Positions 18,002-28,400 of a stretch of 64,000 nucleotides of DNA are shown here, piece after piece. The stretch spans positions 2,688,001-2,752,000 of the forward strand of contig OZ245842.1 of assembly GCA_965228895.1 (NCBI GenBank). Direction: 5' to 3'. Below the pieces are notes generated by a model. That model had not been told where the DNA came from, searched no databases, and saw only the letters and a list, made by a program, of their open reading frames with translations. Within the stretch, counting starts at the first letter, position 1. The number at the start of each line of letters is the position of its first letter. The stretch is from Alphaproteobacteria bacterium (GTDB lineage: Bacteria > Pseudomonadota > Alphaproteobacteria > SP197). The position numbers and the translations under genes were made by a program.

Positions 18002-20983
18002 ATGATGGACCCTATGCACCTGCCCTACCTTGGCGGACTATCCGACCTGCCGAAGCCCGCCGATGCGGAGCGTGCCGAACGTGGCCGTCTAGCATGGCAC
18101 GACGCCGCTGTCGCGGCAGGTCTTGGCGATCACGCAGAAGCGCTGGCCGCCGACCCGAACGGCCAGGCCCTGATGGCGGCGGTGTTCGGCAACAGCCCCT
18201 ACCTCTCCCGCAGCCTGGAACGGCGACCGTTCCTGCTGACCGAATGGGCCGAACAAGGTCCCGACCCTATAGTGGACGTGGCCCTTGCCGGCCTTCATGA
18301 CAACCGCCAAGAGCGGCCGGAAGCCATGATGAAGGCGCTGCGCGACGCCAGGCGTCACGTTGCCGTCGCCGTCGCCTTGTCCGATATCACGGGATTGTGG
18401 CCACTTCCGCGCATCACGGGCGCGCTCTCCGATTTCGCCGCCGCAGCGATAGACAGCGCTATGGCAAGCCTGCTGAACCAGGCTGCGGCATCAGGGAAAA
18501 TCAGCTTGGTCCACAAAGACGACCCGACACGCGATAGCGGGTTGATCGTGCTGGGCATGGGTAAACTGGGCGGTGGCGAGCTGAATTACTCCAGCGACGT
18601 CGATCTGATCGTCTTGTGGGACGACGAGCGGCTGCAGACAGCCGATGGCGAGGCTCCCCAGGCGATCTGCGTCCGTTTGACCCGCAATCTGGTCAAGATG
18701 CTGGAGGAGCGGACCGCCGATGGCTACGTGCTGCGCACGGATCTGCGGTTGAGGCCCGACCCCGGTGCGACACCCTTGGCGCTTTCTGTCGATGCGGCCG
18801 AACTCTATTACGAGAGTCTGGGCCAGAATTGGGAACGCGCCGCGCTGATCAAGGCGCGACCGGTCGCCGGCGATATCGACGCAGGGAACGCTTTTCTCGA
18901 CCGGCTGACACCCTTCATCTGGCGCCGCCACCTGGATTTCGCGGCGATCCAGGACATTCATTCGATCAAACGGCAAATCCATGCGCATAAGGGCGGCGGC
19001 CAGATTGCGGTCGCCGGACACAACGTCAAGCTGGGACGCGGCGGTATCCGCGAGATCGAGTTCTTCGCGCAGACCCAACAGCTGATCTTTGGCGGCCGCG
19101 AGCGGCAATTGCGTCCGCGCGCGACCTGCGATGCGCTGAACGCGCTCGTCCGGGCAACCCGCATCGACCGGCAGACGGCAGACGATATGATCGATGCCTA
19201 TGGCAAGCTCAGGCGTATCGAACATCGCCTGCAGATGGTCGAGGACGCACAAACCCACTCCTTGCCGGAGAACCCGCATGCCCTCGCCGCCTTCGCGACC
19301 TTTCTTGGCTACCATGACCCCAGCACGTTCGCCGACGACCTGACCGGCATCCTGCGCCGGGTCGAGAGCCACTATGCCGACCTGTTCGAAGAAGCCGAAC
19401 CGTTATCCGGCGGCGGCGATGGCGAGGAGGCCGGCAATCTGGTCTTTACCGGCAACGAAGACGACCCCGACACGCTCGCCACCCTGACGCGTATGGGTTT
19501 CGCCGACGCTGCGGCCATCGCCGCGGTGGTGCGTGGCTGGCACCATGGCCGTGTTCGCGCGACACGCAGCCACCGTGCCCGCGAGATCCTGACCGAGCTG
19601 GTGCCTGATCTGCTGGATGCCTTCGCCGGCGGCGTGAACCCGGATGCCGCACTGATGCGATTCAACGAGTTCCTCGACCACTTGCCGGCCGGCGTGCAGC
19701 TTTTTTCGCTGTTTCAGAGTAATGCCGGTCTGTTCGCGCTGGTCGCCAACATCATGGGTACCGCGCCGCGTCTGGCCGAACACCTGGCCCGCAACCCAAA
19801 TCTGCTGGACCATGTGCTGTCGCCCGACTTCTTTGATCCCTTGCCCGACGCCAAGGTTCTGGAAGCTGACGCCGGCGCCGATCTCGCGTTGGCGCAAGGT
19901 GAAGAAGACCTGCTCGACCGGATCCGCCGGTGGACCCATGATCGGGAGTTTCAGCTTGGTGTGCAGCTCTTGCTGGGCAAGGTGACGCCTAGCGCCGCCG
20001 AACACAGCCTCTCCGATTTGACCGATGCGGCGCTGCGCGCCCTGACGCCACATGTGGCCCATCAATTTGCGCTTCAACACGGCACGATCGCGGGTGGTGG
20101 CATGGCGGTGTTGGCGCTTGGCAAATACGGCAGCCGGGAGCTGAACTTCGGCTCCGATCTTGATCTCGTTTTCATCTATGGCAGCCGCGGCGACGCCGAT
20201 GCCTCGGACGGTCCCAAACCGCTTGCCACCAGCCAGTACTTCATCCGCCTGTGCCAACGCATGCTGAACGCGTTGACCACCATGACCAATGCCGGGCGCC
20301 TGTTCGAGATCGACATGCGGCTACGTCCGTCCGGCAGCGCCGGGCCCCTGGCCTCGGAGGTTTCCGGTTTCCTGCGCTACCAGCGCGACGACGCCTGGAC
20401 ATGGGAACACCTTGCGCTCACCCGGTCACGCATCATCCTGGCGCCTGACTGGCTGGCCCGGGAGATCAACGATGGCATCCGGGCCAAACTGGTTAGTCCC
20501 CGCGACGCCTCTAATCTGGCACGCCACATCGTCGACATGCGCGCGCGGATCGCCAGCCGCCATCCACCGCGCGACCGCTTCGACATCAAGTTCTCCGATG
20601 GCGGGCTGATCGACCTGGACTTCATCGCCCAGTTTCTGGTGCTGCGCTATGCCGACACGCACCCCTCGATCATTGCCAACAACTCCGTTGACGTGTTTGA
20701 GCGCGCCGTCGCGGCGGATCTGATCAATGAGCCTCTGGCACGCGATCTAATCGCCGCGCGGCAGCGTATGCATCAGGTCCAGGGCATCCTGAGGCTGGCC
20801 ATGGCGCAGCCGACCGACGAAGCGCAGTTCCCGCAGGCATTGTGCGACATGCTGGTGCGTATGACGGGCGACGAGTCCTTCGACACCCTGCGACAAGAGC
20901 TTGAAATCGATCAAGCTCGCGTCAAAGAAACGTTCGAGAACCTGATTACCAACATCGTAGCAAAAGAGGACAACGATCCATGA
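18002..20983 (+). CDS. glnE: Bifunctional glutamine synthetase adenylyltransferase/deadenylylase
   Basis: Two nucleotidyltransferase domains (GMGKLGGGELNYSSDVDL; LGKYGSRELNFGSDLDL), DLRLRP/DMRLRP, WERAA. Confidence 0.96.
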   Translation: MMDPMHLPYLGGLSDLPKPADAERAERGRLAWHDAAVAAGLGDHAEALAADPNGQALMAAVFGNSPYLSRSLERRPFLLTEWAEQGPDPIVDVALAGLHDNRQERPEAMMKALRDARRHVAVAVALSDITGLWPLPRITGALSDFAAAAIDSAMASLLNQAAASGKISLVHKDDPTRDSGLIVLGMGKLGGGELNYSSDVDLIVLWDDERLQTADGEAPQAICVRLTRNLVKMLEERTADGYVLRTDLRLRPDPGATPLALSVDAAELYYESLGQNWERAALIKARPVAGDIDAGNAFLDRLTPFIWRRHLDFAAIQDIHSIKRQIHAHKGGGQIAVAGHNVKLGRGGIREIEFFAQTQQLIFGGRERQLRPRATCDALNALVRATRIDRQTADDMIDAYGKLRRIEHRLQMVEDAQTHSLPENPHALAAFATFLGYHDPSTFADDLTGILRRVESHYADLFEEAEPLSGGGDGEEAGNLVFTGNEDDPDTLATLTRMGFADAAAIAAVVRGWHHGRVRATRSHRAREILTELVPDLLDAFAGGVNPDAALMRFNEFLDHLPAGVQLFSLFQSNAGLFALVANIMGTAPRLAEHLARNPNLLDHVLSPDFFDPLPDAKVLEADAGADLALAQGEEDLLDRIRRWTHDREFQLGVQLLLGKVTPSAAEHSLSDLTDAALRALTPHVAHQFALQHGTIAGGGMAVLALGKYGSRELNFGSDLDLVFIYGSRGDADASDGPKPLATSQYFIRLCQRMLNALTTMTNAGRLFEIDMRLRPSGSAGPLASEVSGFLRYQRDDAWTWEHLALTRSRIILAPDWLAREINDGIRAKLVSPRDASNLARHIVDMRARIASRHPPRDRFDIKFSDGGLIDLDFIAQFLVLRYADTHPSIIANNSVDVFERAVAADLINEPLARDLIAARQRMHQVQGILRLAMAQPTDEAQFPQALCDMLVRMTGDESFDTLRQELEIDQARVKETFENLITNIVAKEDNDP

Positions 20984-21450
20984 GTGGCCCCGAACCCGGC
21001 GACAAGGCACCCGCCTTCAAGGCACCCACCGATGGCGACGGCACCGTCGAGCTGGCCAAACTGAAAGGCCAGAATGTCATCGTGTATTTCTATCCCAAGG
21101 ACGATACGCCGGGGTGCACCAAGGAAGCCTGCGCGTTTCGCGATCAACTGCCCGATTTTACCAAGGCCGATGCGGTGATCCTTGGCGTGTCGCGCGACAC
21201 CGTCAAGAAACATGACAAGTTCAAAGCCAAATACGATCTGCCCTTTACGCTCGTGTCGGACGAAGACGGTGCGATCACGGAGGCGTACGGAACTTGGGTC
21301 GAGAAGAGCATGTATGGGCGCACCTACATGGGCATCGAACGCGCGACCTTTCTGATCGACAAGAAAGGTGTCGTGCGCGAGGTCTGGCGCAAGGTGAAGG
21401 TCAAAGGCCATTCAGACGCCGTTCTCGAGGCGGTCAAGGAGCTCGCCTGA
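20980..21450 (+). CDS. bcp: Peroxiredoxin Q / bacterioferritin comigratory protein
   Basis: YFYPKDDTPGCTKEAC. Confidence 0.95.
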   Translation: MSGPEPGDKAPAFKAPTDGDGTVELAKLKGQNVIVYFYPKDDTPGCTKEACAFRDQLPDFTKADAVILGVSRDTVKKHDKFKAKYDLPFTLVSDEDGAITEAYGTWVEKSMYGRTYMGIERATFLIDKKGVVREVWRKVKVKGHSDAVLEAVKELA

Positions 21451-21458
21451 CGGTGGCG

Positions 21459-22247
21459 ATGGGCTACCGCAGCGCGGCGGTTGCCGCGCTGCGGACAGAC
21501 GAACCGAAAGTCAAGGCTGCGGCGGCGCATGCCATGGCCGCGGCATGGCGCGACAACGGGCGCGAACCGGGATCAGGCGTGGCGCCCGATCGCCCGGCTC
21601 GTCCGGACCGACCGGTCCTGACACGGCCTGGCGACATGCCGAAACGCCGTGCGCTCACCACGCGCGCCGGCCAGGTTGCCCTGCTGCATGCCCTCGCGCA
21701 TATCGAGTTCAACGCCATCGACCTTGCCTGCGACATGATCGCCCGTTTCGACGGCATGCCGCCGGCGTTCTATGGCGATTGGATTGGCGTTGCCGACGAC
21801 GAAGCGCGGCATTTTCAGATGCTGCGCGACCGCTTGCACAGCTTGGACGCCGACTATGGCGACCTGGCGGCCCATGACGGTTTGTGGCAGGCCGCCGACG
21901 ACACACGCGACGACCTGCTCGCCCGCCTGGCCGTTGTGCCGCTGGTTCTCGAAGCACGCGGGCTCGACGTCACGCCGGCCATGATTGCGCGGCTGAAACG
22001 TGCCGGTGATCATGACAGCGTTGCCATACTGGAGATCATCTACCGCGAGGAAATCGACCACGTCGCCGCCGGCAGTCGCTGGTTCCGCTATGTCTGCGAA
22101 CAGCGCGACCTGGATCCCGAGCCGACATGGCGCGACATCGTCCGATCGCGATTCAAAGGCGCTCTGAAACCGCCATTCAATGAGCAAGCTCGGCAGGCCG
22201 CCGGACTACCACGCGCCTTTTATGAGGCGCTCAGCCCTTCGGCGTGA
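21459..22247 (+). CDS. Ferritin-like DUF455 family protein
   Basis: LHALAHIEFNAIDL, DEARHF, LEARGLD, EEIDHV. Start ATG 21459. Confidence 0.9.
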   Translation: MGYRSAAVAALRTDEPKVKAAAAHAMAAAWRDNGREPGSGVAPDRPARPDRPVLTRPGDMPKRRALTTRAGQVALLHALAHIEFNAIDLACDMIARFDGMPPAFYGDWIGVADDEARHFQMLRDRLHSLDADYGDLAAHDGLWQAADDTRDDLLARLAVVPLVLEARGLDVTPAMIARLKRAGDHDSVAILEIIYREEIDHVAAGSRWFRYVCEQRDLDPEPTWRDIVRSRFKGALKPPFNEQARQAAGLPRAFYEALSPSA

Positions 22248-22878
22248 TGCGATAAGCGCAACGCCGCGCGCCGGCCAAGATATGGCTCGTGCGCTCGACC
22301 GTCACCTTGTCGCCGAGGGCGCCTTGGAAGACTTCCAGCTCCGACCGGCACAAGCCCTGACAGACCTTTGCCGCAGCACAGATCGGACAGTGGTTTTCGG
22401 CCAGAATGTAGCTGCCGTCATCCTGGTTCTCCCACTCCGCCATGTAGCCTTCCTGGCTGCGCAGCTCGGCCAGTTGTGCGACGCGCTGCTCGACCGAGCG
22501 GCAGCCGTTCAGGCTCTTGCGGTAGCTCTCAAGCGTCTCGTCGGTGCGCGCGGCGATCAACCGATCAAGGCCGTCGGCGCCGAAGACTTTTTCGACGCTC
22601 TCCAGCATCGCTACGGTCAACTCGCTGTGGCTGTCGGGAAATCGGCCGTTACCTGTTTCGGTCAGATGCCAATGGCGGGATGGGCGCCCGACGCCTGCCC
22701 GCTCGTCGCGAAAGCTAACGAGATCTTCTTCCTGAAGCCGGTAGAGGTGCTGACGCACACCCATGGCCGTGATGCTGAGGCGTTCGCCCAAGGCCTGGGC
22801 GGTCATCTCGCCCTTGGTCTTGAGTAAAAACAGGATGCGATCCTGTGTTGATCGTTGGTCAGCGGTCATAGCGCTCAT
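22231..22878 (-). CDS. SufR-like HTH metalloregulator (putative Fe-S binding)
   Basis: N-terminal winged HTH (VRQHL..L, GRP), C-terminal ENHCPICAAA..CQGLC..E...RRC. Confidence 0.85.
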   Translation of the reverse strand: MSAMTADQRSTQDRILFLLKTKGEMTAQALGERLSITAMGVRQHLYRLQEEDLVSFRDERAGVGRPSRHWHLTETGNGRFPDSHSELTVAMLESVEKVFGADGLDRLIAARTDETLESYRKSLNGCRSVEQRVAQLAELRSQEGYMAEWENQDDGSYILAENHCPICAAAKVCQGLCRSELEVFQGALGDKVTVERTSHILAGARRCAYRITPKG

Positions 22879-22958
22879 GCGTAGCGGAGCTAAGAAAAAC
22901 TAGCATTTTCTTTCTAAATTGTCGAAGGGATGATGACGCCAGTCCAGTGCGTTATCGA

Positions 22959-24093
22959 TCAATTCGCCGATGCGGCCTCCTGGCCATCGCCGTCGGCGCC
23001 GATGCGCGACGCCAGTGCGGCGGAAATGAACGCGTCGATATCGCCGTCCAGTACCGCATCCGTGTTGCTGGTTTCAACCCCCGTGCGCAGGTCCTTCACC
23101 ATGCGGTAGGGCTGCAGCACGTAGGAACGGATCTGATGACCCCAGCCGATGTCGGACTTCTCGGCGTTGGCCGCCTGGGCCGCCTCTTCACGCTCCCTGA
23201 GTTCGCGTTCGTAGAGCCTGGACCGCAACATCGCCATGGCTTCGGCGCGGTTGCGGTGCTGCGACCGGTTGTTCTGGCATTGCACGACGATACCGCTCGG
23301 CAAATGGGTCAGACGAATAGCGCTGTCTGTTTTGTTGACGTGCTGACCGCCGGCGCCGGACGCGCGATAGGTGTCGACGCGCAGATCCTTGTCGTCGATC
23401 TCAACTTCGATGGTGTCGTCGATGACCGGCGAGATATCGACGCTGGCAAAACTGGTATGGCGGCGCGATTGTGAATCGTAGGGCGAAATGCGCACCAGCC
23501 GGTGAACGCCGGTTTCCGTCTTCGCCCAACCATAGGCGTTGAGGCCGCTGATCTTGACCGTGGCCGACTTGATGCCCGCCTCCTCGCCCGCGCTCGCTTC
23601 GATCGCCTCGACCTTGTAGCCGCGCCGCTCGGCCCAGCGCACATACATGCGCAGCAGCATCTCGGCCCAGTCCTGGCTCTCGGTGCCGCCGGCCCCGGCA
23701 TGCACCTCCAGGTAACAGTCGTTGGCATCGGCTTCGCCGGACAACAAGCTCTCAACACGGATCTTGTCGGACTTGGCGGCCAACGCTTGAAGCGCCTTGA
23801 AGGCGTCCTCGACCAGCTGTTCTTCGCCCTCGGCTTCAGCCAGTTCGGCGAGTTCCATGTTGTCGTTGAGTGCGGTCTCCATTTCGCGCACGGCATCAAT
23901 GGCGCCGGTCAAGCGCGTGCGTTCGCGCATCACCTTCTGGGCGCGCTCGGGATCGTTCCAGAGCTCGGGGTCTTGAGCGAGGTGCTCGATTTCGTCGAGG
24001 CGGACTAGGGCATTATCCCAGTCAAAGATGCCTCCGTACGAGGTGGAGGGAAGCTTCGATGCTGGCGCTCAATTCCTGCATATCCGCACGCAT
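22959..24093 (-). CDS. prfB: Peptide chain release factor 2, translated via programmed +1 frameshift
   Basis: ATG 24093, 23 codons to CTT TGA C (24027-24021) with internal GGAGG (24035-24031); the +1 frame continues into SPY and GGQ motifs (about 377 aa). Confidence 0.97.
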
Positions 24094-24208
24094 GGCACTC
24101 TCCGTTTACGTTTCGCGCGGCAACCTGACGATGTGCCGCCGCCGCGTCAAGCCTGCTTGTCCGCACGCACGCCAATTCAATCGGTTGGTCAGTTTCTGTA
24201 GGCTGCGG

Positions 24209-26623
24209 TCAATAGAGGCCGGATGCGTCGAGGCCTTCGGCGTGTTCGCTGCTGGTTGGGACGGAACCCTGCTTGAATGCTTCGACGATGACTCGGCTGG
24301 TACCGGCGCCGGGCAACAGGCCGCTGTCGGCGTCGATGCGCACGAGTTCGAGACCGGGCGGAATGCGGAACGGAATGCCCGGCGTGTCGGCAAGAGCCTC
24401 CTCCATGAAGGCCTTGAAGATCGGCCCGGCGACCGCAGAGCCCGCCTCGCGCGGGCCAAGCGATTGCGGCTGGTCGAAGCCGACATAGACGCCAACAACA
24501 AGATCGGGCGAGAAACCGACAAACCAGGCATCACGGTATTCGTTCGTGGTGCCCGTCTTGCCGCCCAGCGGTTTGCCGATCGACGAGATACGCGCACCGG
24601 TCCCGCGCAGCACGACACCTTCCAGCAACGACACCATCTGATAGGCGGTGGTAGCCTCGATCACCTGCTCGCGCAGATCCGGCAGACGCGGGATCTCCGC
24701 GCCGTCGCGCCAGACGTCAGCCTGACACACCGGGCAGGTTCGGTCGTCGCGTTGCCAGATGGTCAGTCCGTTGCGATCCTGAATACGTTCGATCAGTGAC
24801 GGTTCAATCCGCTTGCCGCCGTTGACGATCATGCCGTAGGCGGTCGCCATCTGGAGCAGCGTCGTCTCCCCGGCGCCCAACGCCATCGGCAGATAAGGCG
24901 GCAGGTCCTCGATGACACCGAAGCGCGCGGCGTAATCGGCGATGACGTCCATGCCCAACTGGTTGGCCAGGCGCACGGTCATCAGATTGCGCGATTTCTC
25001 CAGACCCAACCGCAAGGTCGACAGCCCATAGAATTCCTGGGTGTAGTTCGCAGGCCGCCAATCGGGCAGCCCCTCGCCCTGGGCGAAGACGATCGGCGCA
25101 TCCTCAACCAGACTGGCCGGTGTGAAGCCGTGATCGAGCGCGGCCATGTAGACGAACGGCTTGAACGCGGAACCGGGCTGACGCATCGCCTGGGTCGCGC
25201 GATTGAATTCACTGTCGGTAAAGCTGAAGCCACCTTCCATCGCCAGGATTCGTCCGGTGTGCGGGTCAAGCGCGATGATCGCGCCGCCGACTTCGGGGAT
25301 CTGGCGCATGGCGAGGAACCGGATGTCGTCGGCACCGTTCCAATCGTCTGGCGCATCGTAGTCCCTGACACCGATGATATCGCCCGGGGTCAACACATCG
25401 GACGCGCGGCTGACCGCGGGGCCCAGGCTGCCGTCTTCCTGCACCCGGCGGGCCCAAGTCAGATAGTTCGACGGAATGTAACCGGTGGTGCCGTCGTCCA
25501 GTCCAATGGTCGCGCCTGCGTTGTCGGCTTCCAACACAACACCTTTGAACCAGGGCGCCAATGCTTCGGGTTCCTCGAAGGCCGCGAGCCGCTCGGCCCA
25601 ATCATCACCCAGCTCCATGGTGTCGAACGGGCCGCGCCAGCCATGCCGGCGATCGTATTCGGCAAGGCCATCACGCAACACCGCGCGCGCGATATCCTGG
25701 AGCCAGGGATCGATCGTCGAGCGGACATAGAGTCCGCCTTCGTAGAGTGCGTCCGTGCCATAGAGATCGACGATCTGGCGACGGATGTCTTCGGTCGCGT
25801 AGTCGGCAACGGCCATATCGGCGGCGGCTCGCGGGTGGACCTCTATTGGTTCGCTCTGGGCTGCCGCAGCCTCGGCGCGCGTGATCAGGCCGTCCGCAAA
25901 CATACGCGCGATCACCCAGTCCCGCCGGGTCTTGGCCTCAACGGGTCTGTTGATCGGGTGGTAGTTGTTGGGCGCCTTCGGCAAAGCCGCCAGGTACGCT
26001 GCCTCGGCAATCGTCAACGCGTCGAGCGGTTTGTCGAAGTAGGCAAGCGCCGCTGCGGCGACACCATAGGCGCCGTAACCCAGATAGATCTCGTTCAGAT
26101 AGAGCTCGAGGATACGGTCCTTGCTCAACGCCTCTTCAATGCGGAACGCAAGAATGGCTTCCTTGATCTTGCGTTCGATCGAGACTTCGTTGGTCAACAG
26201 GAAGTTCTTGGCGACCTGCTGGGTGATCGTCGACGCACCCTGCATGCGCCGATCCTCGCCGAGGTTGCGCAAGTTGACGATGGCCGCACGAACGACGCCC
26301 AGCGGATCGACACCACGGTGTTCGTAAAAATGCTGATCTTCGGCCGCCAGGAACGCGTCGACCACGCGCTGGGGGATCGCCTCGATGGGAACGAACACGC
26401 GTTGTTGAATGGCGTACTCCGCCATCAGGCGGCCATCGCCGGCGTAAACGCGCGTAGCGACCGGCGGCTCGTAATCGGCGAGTTGCCGATGCTCCGGCAG
26501 ATCGCGGCCGTATTCGTAGAAGATGAACGCCACAACGGCGACCGCCGCCACAACGCCAAGCGTCAATAGCCCAAATAGCCAGACAAGGGCGCGTAGCACG
26601 CGAAATCGGCGTTGTTTTGCCAA
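24209..26623 (-). CDS. mrcA: Penicillin-binding protein 1A
   Basis: AAEDQHFYEH, QGASTITQQ, YLNEIYLG, PGSAFK (SxxK), SRN, KTGT. Confidence 0.95.
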   Translation of the reverse strand: MAKQRRFRVLRALVWLFGLLTLGVVAAVAVVAFIFYEYGRDLPEHRQLADYEPPVATRVYAGDGRLMAEYAIQQRVFVPIEAIPQRVVDAFLAAEDQHFYEHRGVDPLGVVRAAIVNLRNLGEDRRMQGASTITQQVAKNFLLTNEVSIERKIKEAILAFRIEEALSKDRILELYLNEIYLGYGAYGVAAAALAYFDKPLDALTIAEAAYLAALPKAPNNYHPINRPVEAKTRRDWVIARMFADGLITRAEAAAAQSEPIEVHPRAAADMAVADYATEDIRRQIVDLYGTDALYEGGLYVRSTIDPWLQDIARAVLRDGLAEYDRRHGWRGPFDTMELGDDWAERLAAFEEPEALAPWFKGVVLEADNAGATIGLDDGTTGYIPSNYLTWARRVQEDGSLGPAVSRASDVLTPGDIIGVRDYDAPDDWNGADDIRFLAMRQIPEVGGAIIALDPHTGRILAMEGGFSFTDSEFNRATQAMRQPGSAFKPFVYMAALDHGFTPASLVEDAPIVFAQGEGLPDWRPANYTQEFYGLSTLRLGLEKSRNLMTVRLANQLGMDVIADYAARFGVIEDLPPYLPMALGAGETTLLQMATAYGMIVNGGKRIEPSLIERIQDRNGLTIWQRDDRTCPVCQADVWRDGAEIPRLPDLREQVIEATTAYQMVSLLEGVVLRGTGARISSIGKPLGGKTGTTNEYRDAWFVGFSPDLVVGVYVGFDQPQSLGPREAGSAVAGPIFKAFMEEALADTPGIPFRIPPGLELVRIDADSGLLPGAGTSRVIVEAFKQGSVPTSSEHAEGLDASGLY

Positions 26624-26749
26624 GTATCTTCTCCCGGGAAGCCCGACTATGGCGCCAGATTATGGCGCGGATGGGACACCCGCCTTAAGTCCCGCCGTCA
26701 CACATTCAAGCGAATGGTGACGCCGTTAACCTTCTCATACCGTGAAGTC

Positions 26750-26797
26750 GAGCCAGATTCACGCTGTTGATTCAGGCGGCGAGCGCGATCCGCTCTA
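26750..26797. repeat. Degenerate second copy of the CIR-like repeat
   Basis: GAGCCAGATTCACG...GATCCGCTCTA matches the ends of the 14729-14791 element; two GATTC sites; overlaps the amiC TAG stop. Confidence 0.55.
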
Positions 26798-28063
26798 GTA
26801 GCCGCCGTCTTGGAAATGGACGTCGATCGCCGCGGTGATGGCCGACATGAACTGGCGACGATAGGACTCGCTGTTCAAGTTCAACTCTTCGTCGGCGTTC
26901 GACATGTAGCCCAATTCGACCAACACCGAGGGAACGTCCGGCGCCTTCAAGACACGGAAACCGGCAAAGCGGTGCGCGTTCGACCGCAACTTGACCGAGC
27001 TCTGCAACTCCGCGGTGAGCAGGCGCGCAAATTGGGCCGACGCGTTGGTCGTCTCGCGCTGCGCAAGATCAATCAGGATGTCGGTGGTCAATGGGTCATA
27101 GGCCACGTTGACGAAGTCGACGCCGGCGATCAGGTCGGCCTTGTTTTCCTTGGCCGCGAGTTGGGCGGCTTCGTCGTCGGATGCAGTTTCCGAAAGCGTG
27201 TAGACGCCGGCGCCGCGCATGCTCCGGTCGTCCATACTGTCGGCATGCACCGAGATAAAAAGATCGGCACCGGCGGCGCGCGCTGTTTCCACTCGCTCGG
27301 CGAGCCGCAAGAAGATATCGCTGTCGCGCGTCATGACCACAGTGTAACGGCCGGTCGCCTCGAGCTGGCGCTTCAGTTCGCGCGAGGCGTCCAAAACGAT
27401 GTCCTTTTCGTAGACGCCGCTTAGACCGACCGCGCCGGGATCAACCCCGCCATGACCGGGATCGATAACGATAACCAGTCTGTCGGGATTCGGTTTGATG
27501 CCCGGCAGCGGCGGGCCGTCATAGACCGGCACATCGAACGTGGTCGCTGCGACCTGCACGCTTGTTTGCTGAATCTCAACGACCGGTTCGGTCACGACGC
27601 CGGGCGCCTCCTGGGCAGCGACAAGGTCGAGAACGAAGCGGTAGCTGAAACTGGCCGAGGGCTCCAGGATGAACACACGCTGGACGCTGACCGGTCCGTT
27701 GACGTCGAGCACGATGCGCGAGTGGCCGGGCTCAAACACGCCAAAGCGGAAACCGTCGATCAGACCGGTCGAGACCTGTTGCGACTGTTCCGGGATTTGC
27801 CATGCCACTTCGGGCAGATCGATGACCACCCGGTAGGGGTTCTCCAGGGTCGAAATCTGGTAATCGACCGCCGTACTGACATCCAGCACGAACCGTGTCG
27901 CCTCGGCGTTGACGCCGGTCCTGACCCCGATCACCTGGGGTTCGGCGGCACGCGCCACATCCGTCGCCAAAAAGGCAGCCATCGCCAGGGCCATCACGAC
28001 CAAACCGCACCGTGTGCGCCACTGACACCAAGAACTAACGGTTGTCCGTCGGGCTTGCCGCAT
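26795..28063 (-). CDS. amiC: N-acetylmuramoyl-L-alanine amidase (AMIN + Amidase_3)
   Basis: AMIN (TRFVLD, YRVVIDL), IDPGHGGVDPGA, FISVHAD, SVLVELGY. Start uncertain. Confidence 0.9.
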   Translation of the reverse strand: MRQARRTTVSSWCQWRTRCGLVVMALAMAAFLATDVARAAEPQVIGVRTGVNAEATRFVLDVSTAVDYQISTLENPYRVVIDLPEVAWQIPEQSQQVSTGLIDGFRFGVFEPGHSRIVLDVNGPVSVQRVFILEPSASFSYRFVLDLVAAQEAPGVVTEPVVEIQQTSVQVAATTFDVPVYDGPPLPGIKPNPDRLVIVIDPGHGGVDPGAVGLSGVYEKDIVLDASRELKRQLEATGRYTVVMTRDSDIFLRLAERVETARAAGADLFISVHADSMDDRSMRGAGVYTLSETASDDEAAQLAAKENKADLIAGVDFVNVAYDPLTTDILIDLAQRETTNASAQFARLLTAELQSSVKLRSNAHRFAGFRVLKAPDVPSVLVELGYMSNADEELNLNSESYRRQFMSAITAAIDVHFQDGGY

Positions 28064-28400
28064 ACTAGAATGTCTCTGTCGCTGAACCGTCGCTTTTATC
28101 ACTGCCTCTATGGCATTGATAGACATGGGTAAAAAGCGACCCTATAGAATCACGATCTGCGCGCCACGGCAAGCCTTGGCGTGCACCCTGACTAAAGGAT
28201 TCAGGTGGAACCCCAAATTTTGACACCGAAACCGACATTCGGACCCAGCCATCCACCGACCGGCCATGCCGGCTGTGGACAAGGCCGTCCGGCCTGCGGT
28301 TTTGCGGCCATTTCCGGGGTTTCGCACGCAACCGCGACGGCCCCAAGACGGCGCGACTCGATCGCCGCCCTCCCGGCCGTCCCCGACAACAGGACCTTAC

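Noticed and set aside
26683-26731. TTAA/GTTAACC upstream of mrcA as a CtrA box
   Set aside because: Only half-sites; the spacing does not fit TTAA-N7-TTAA.
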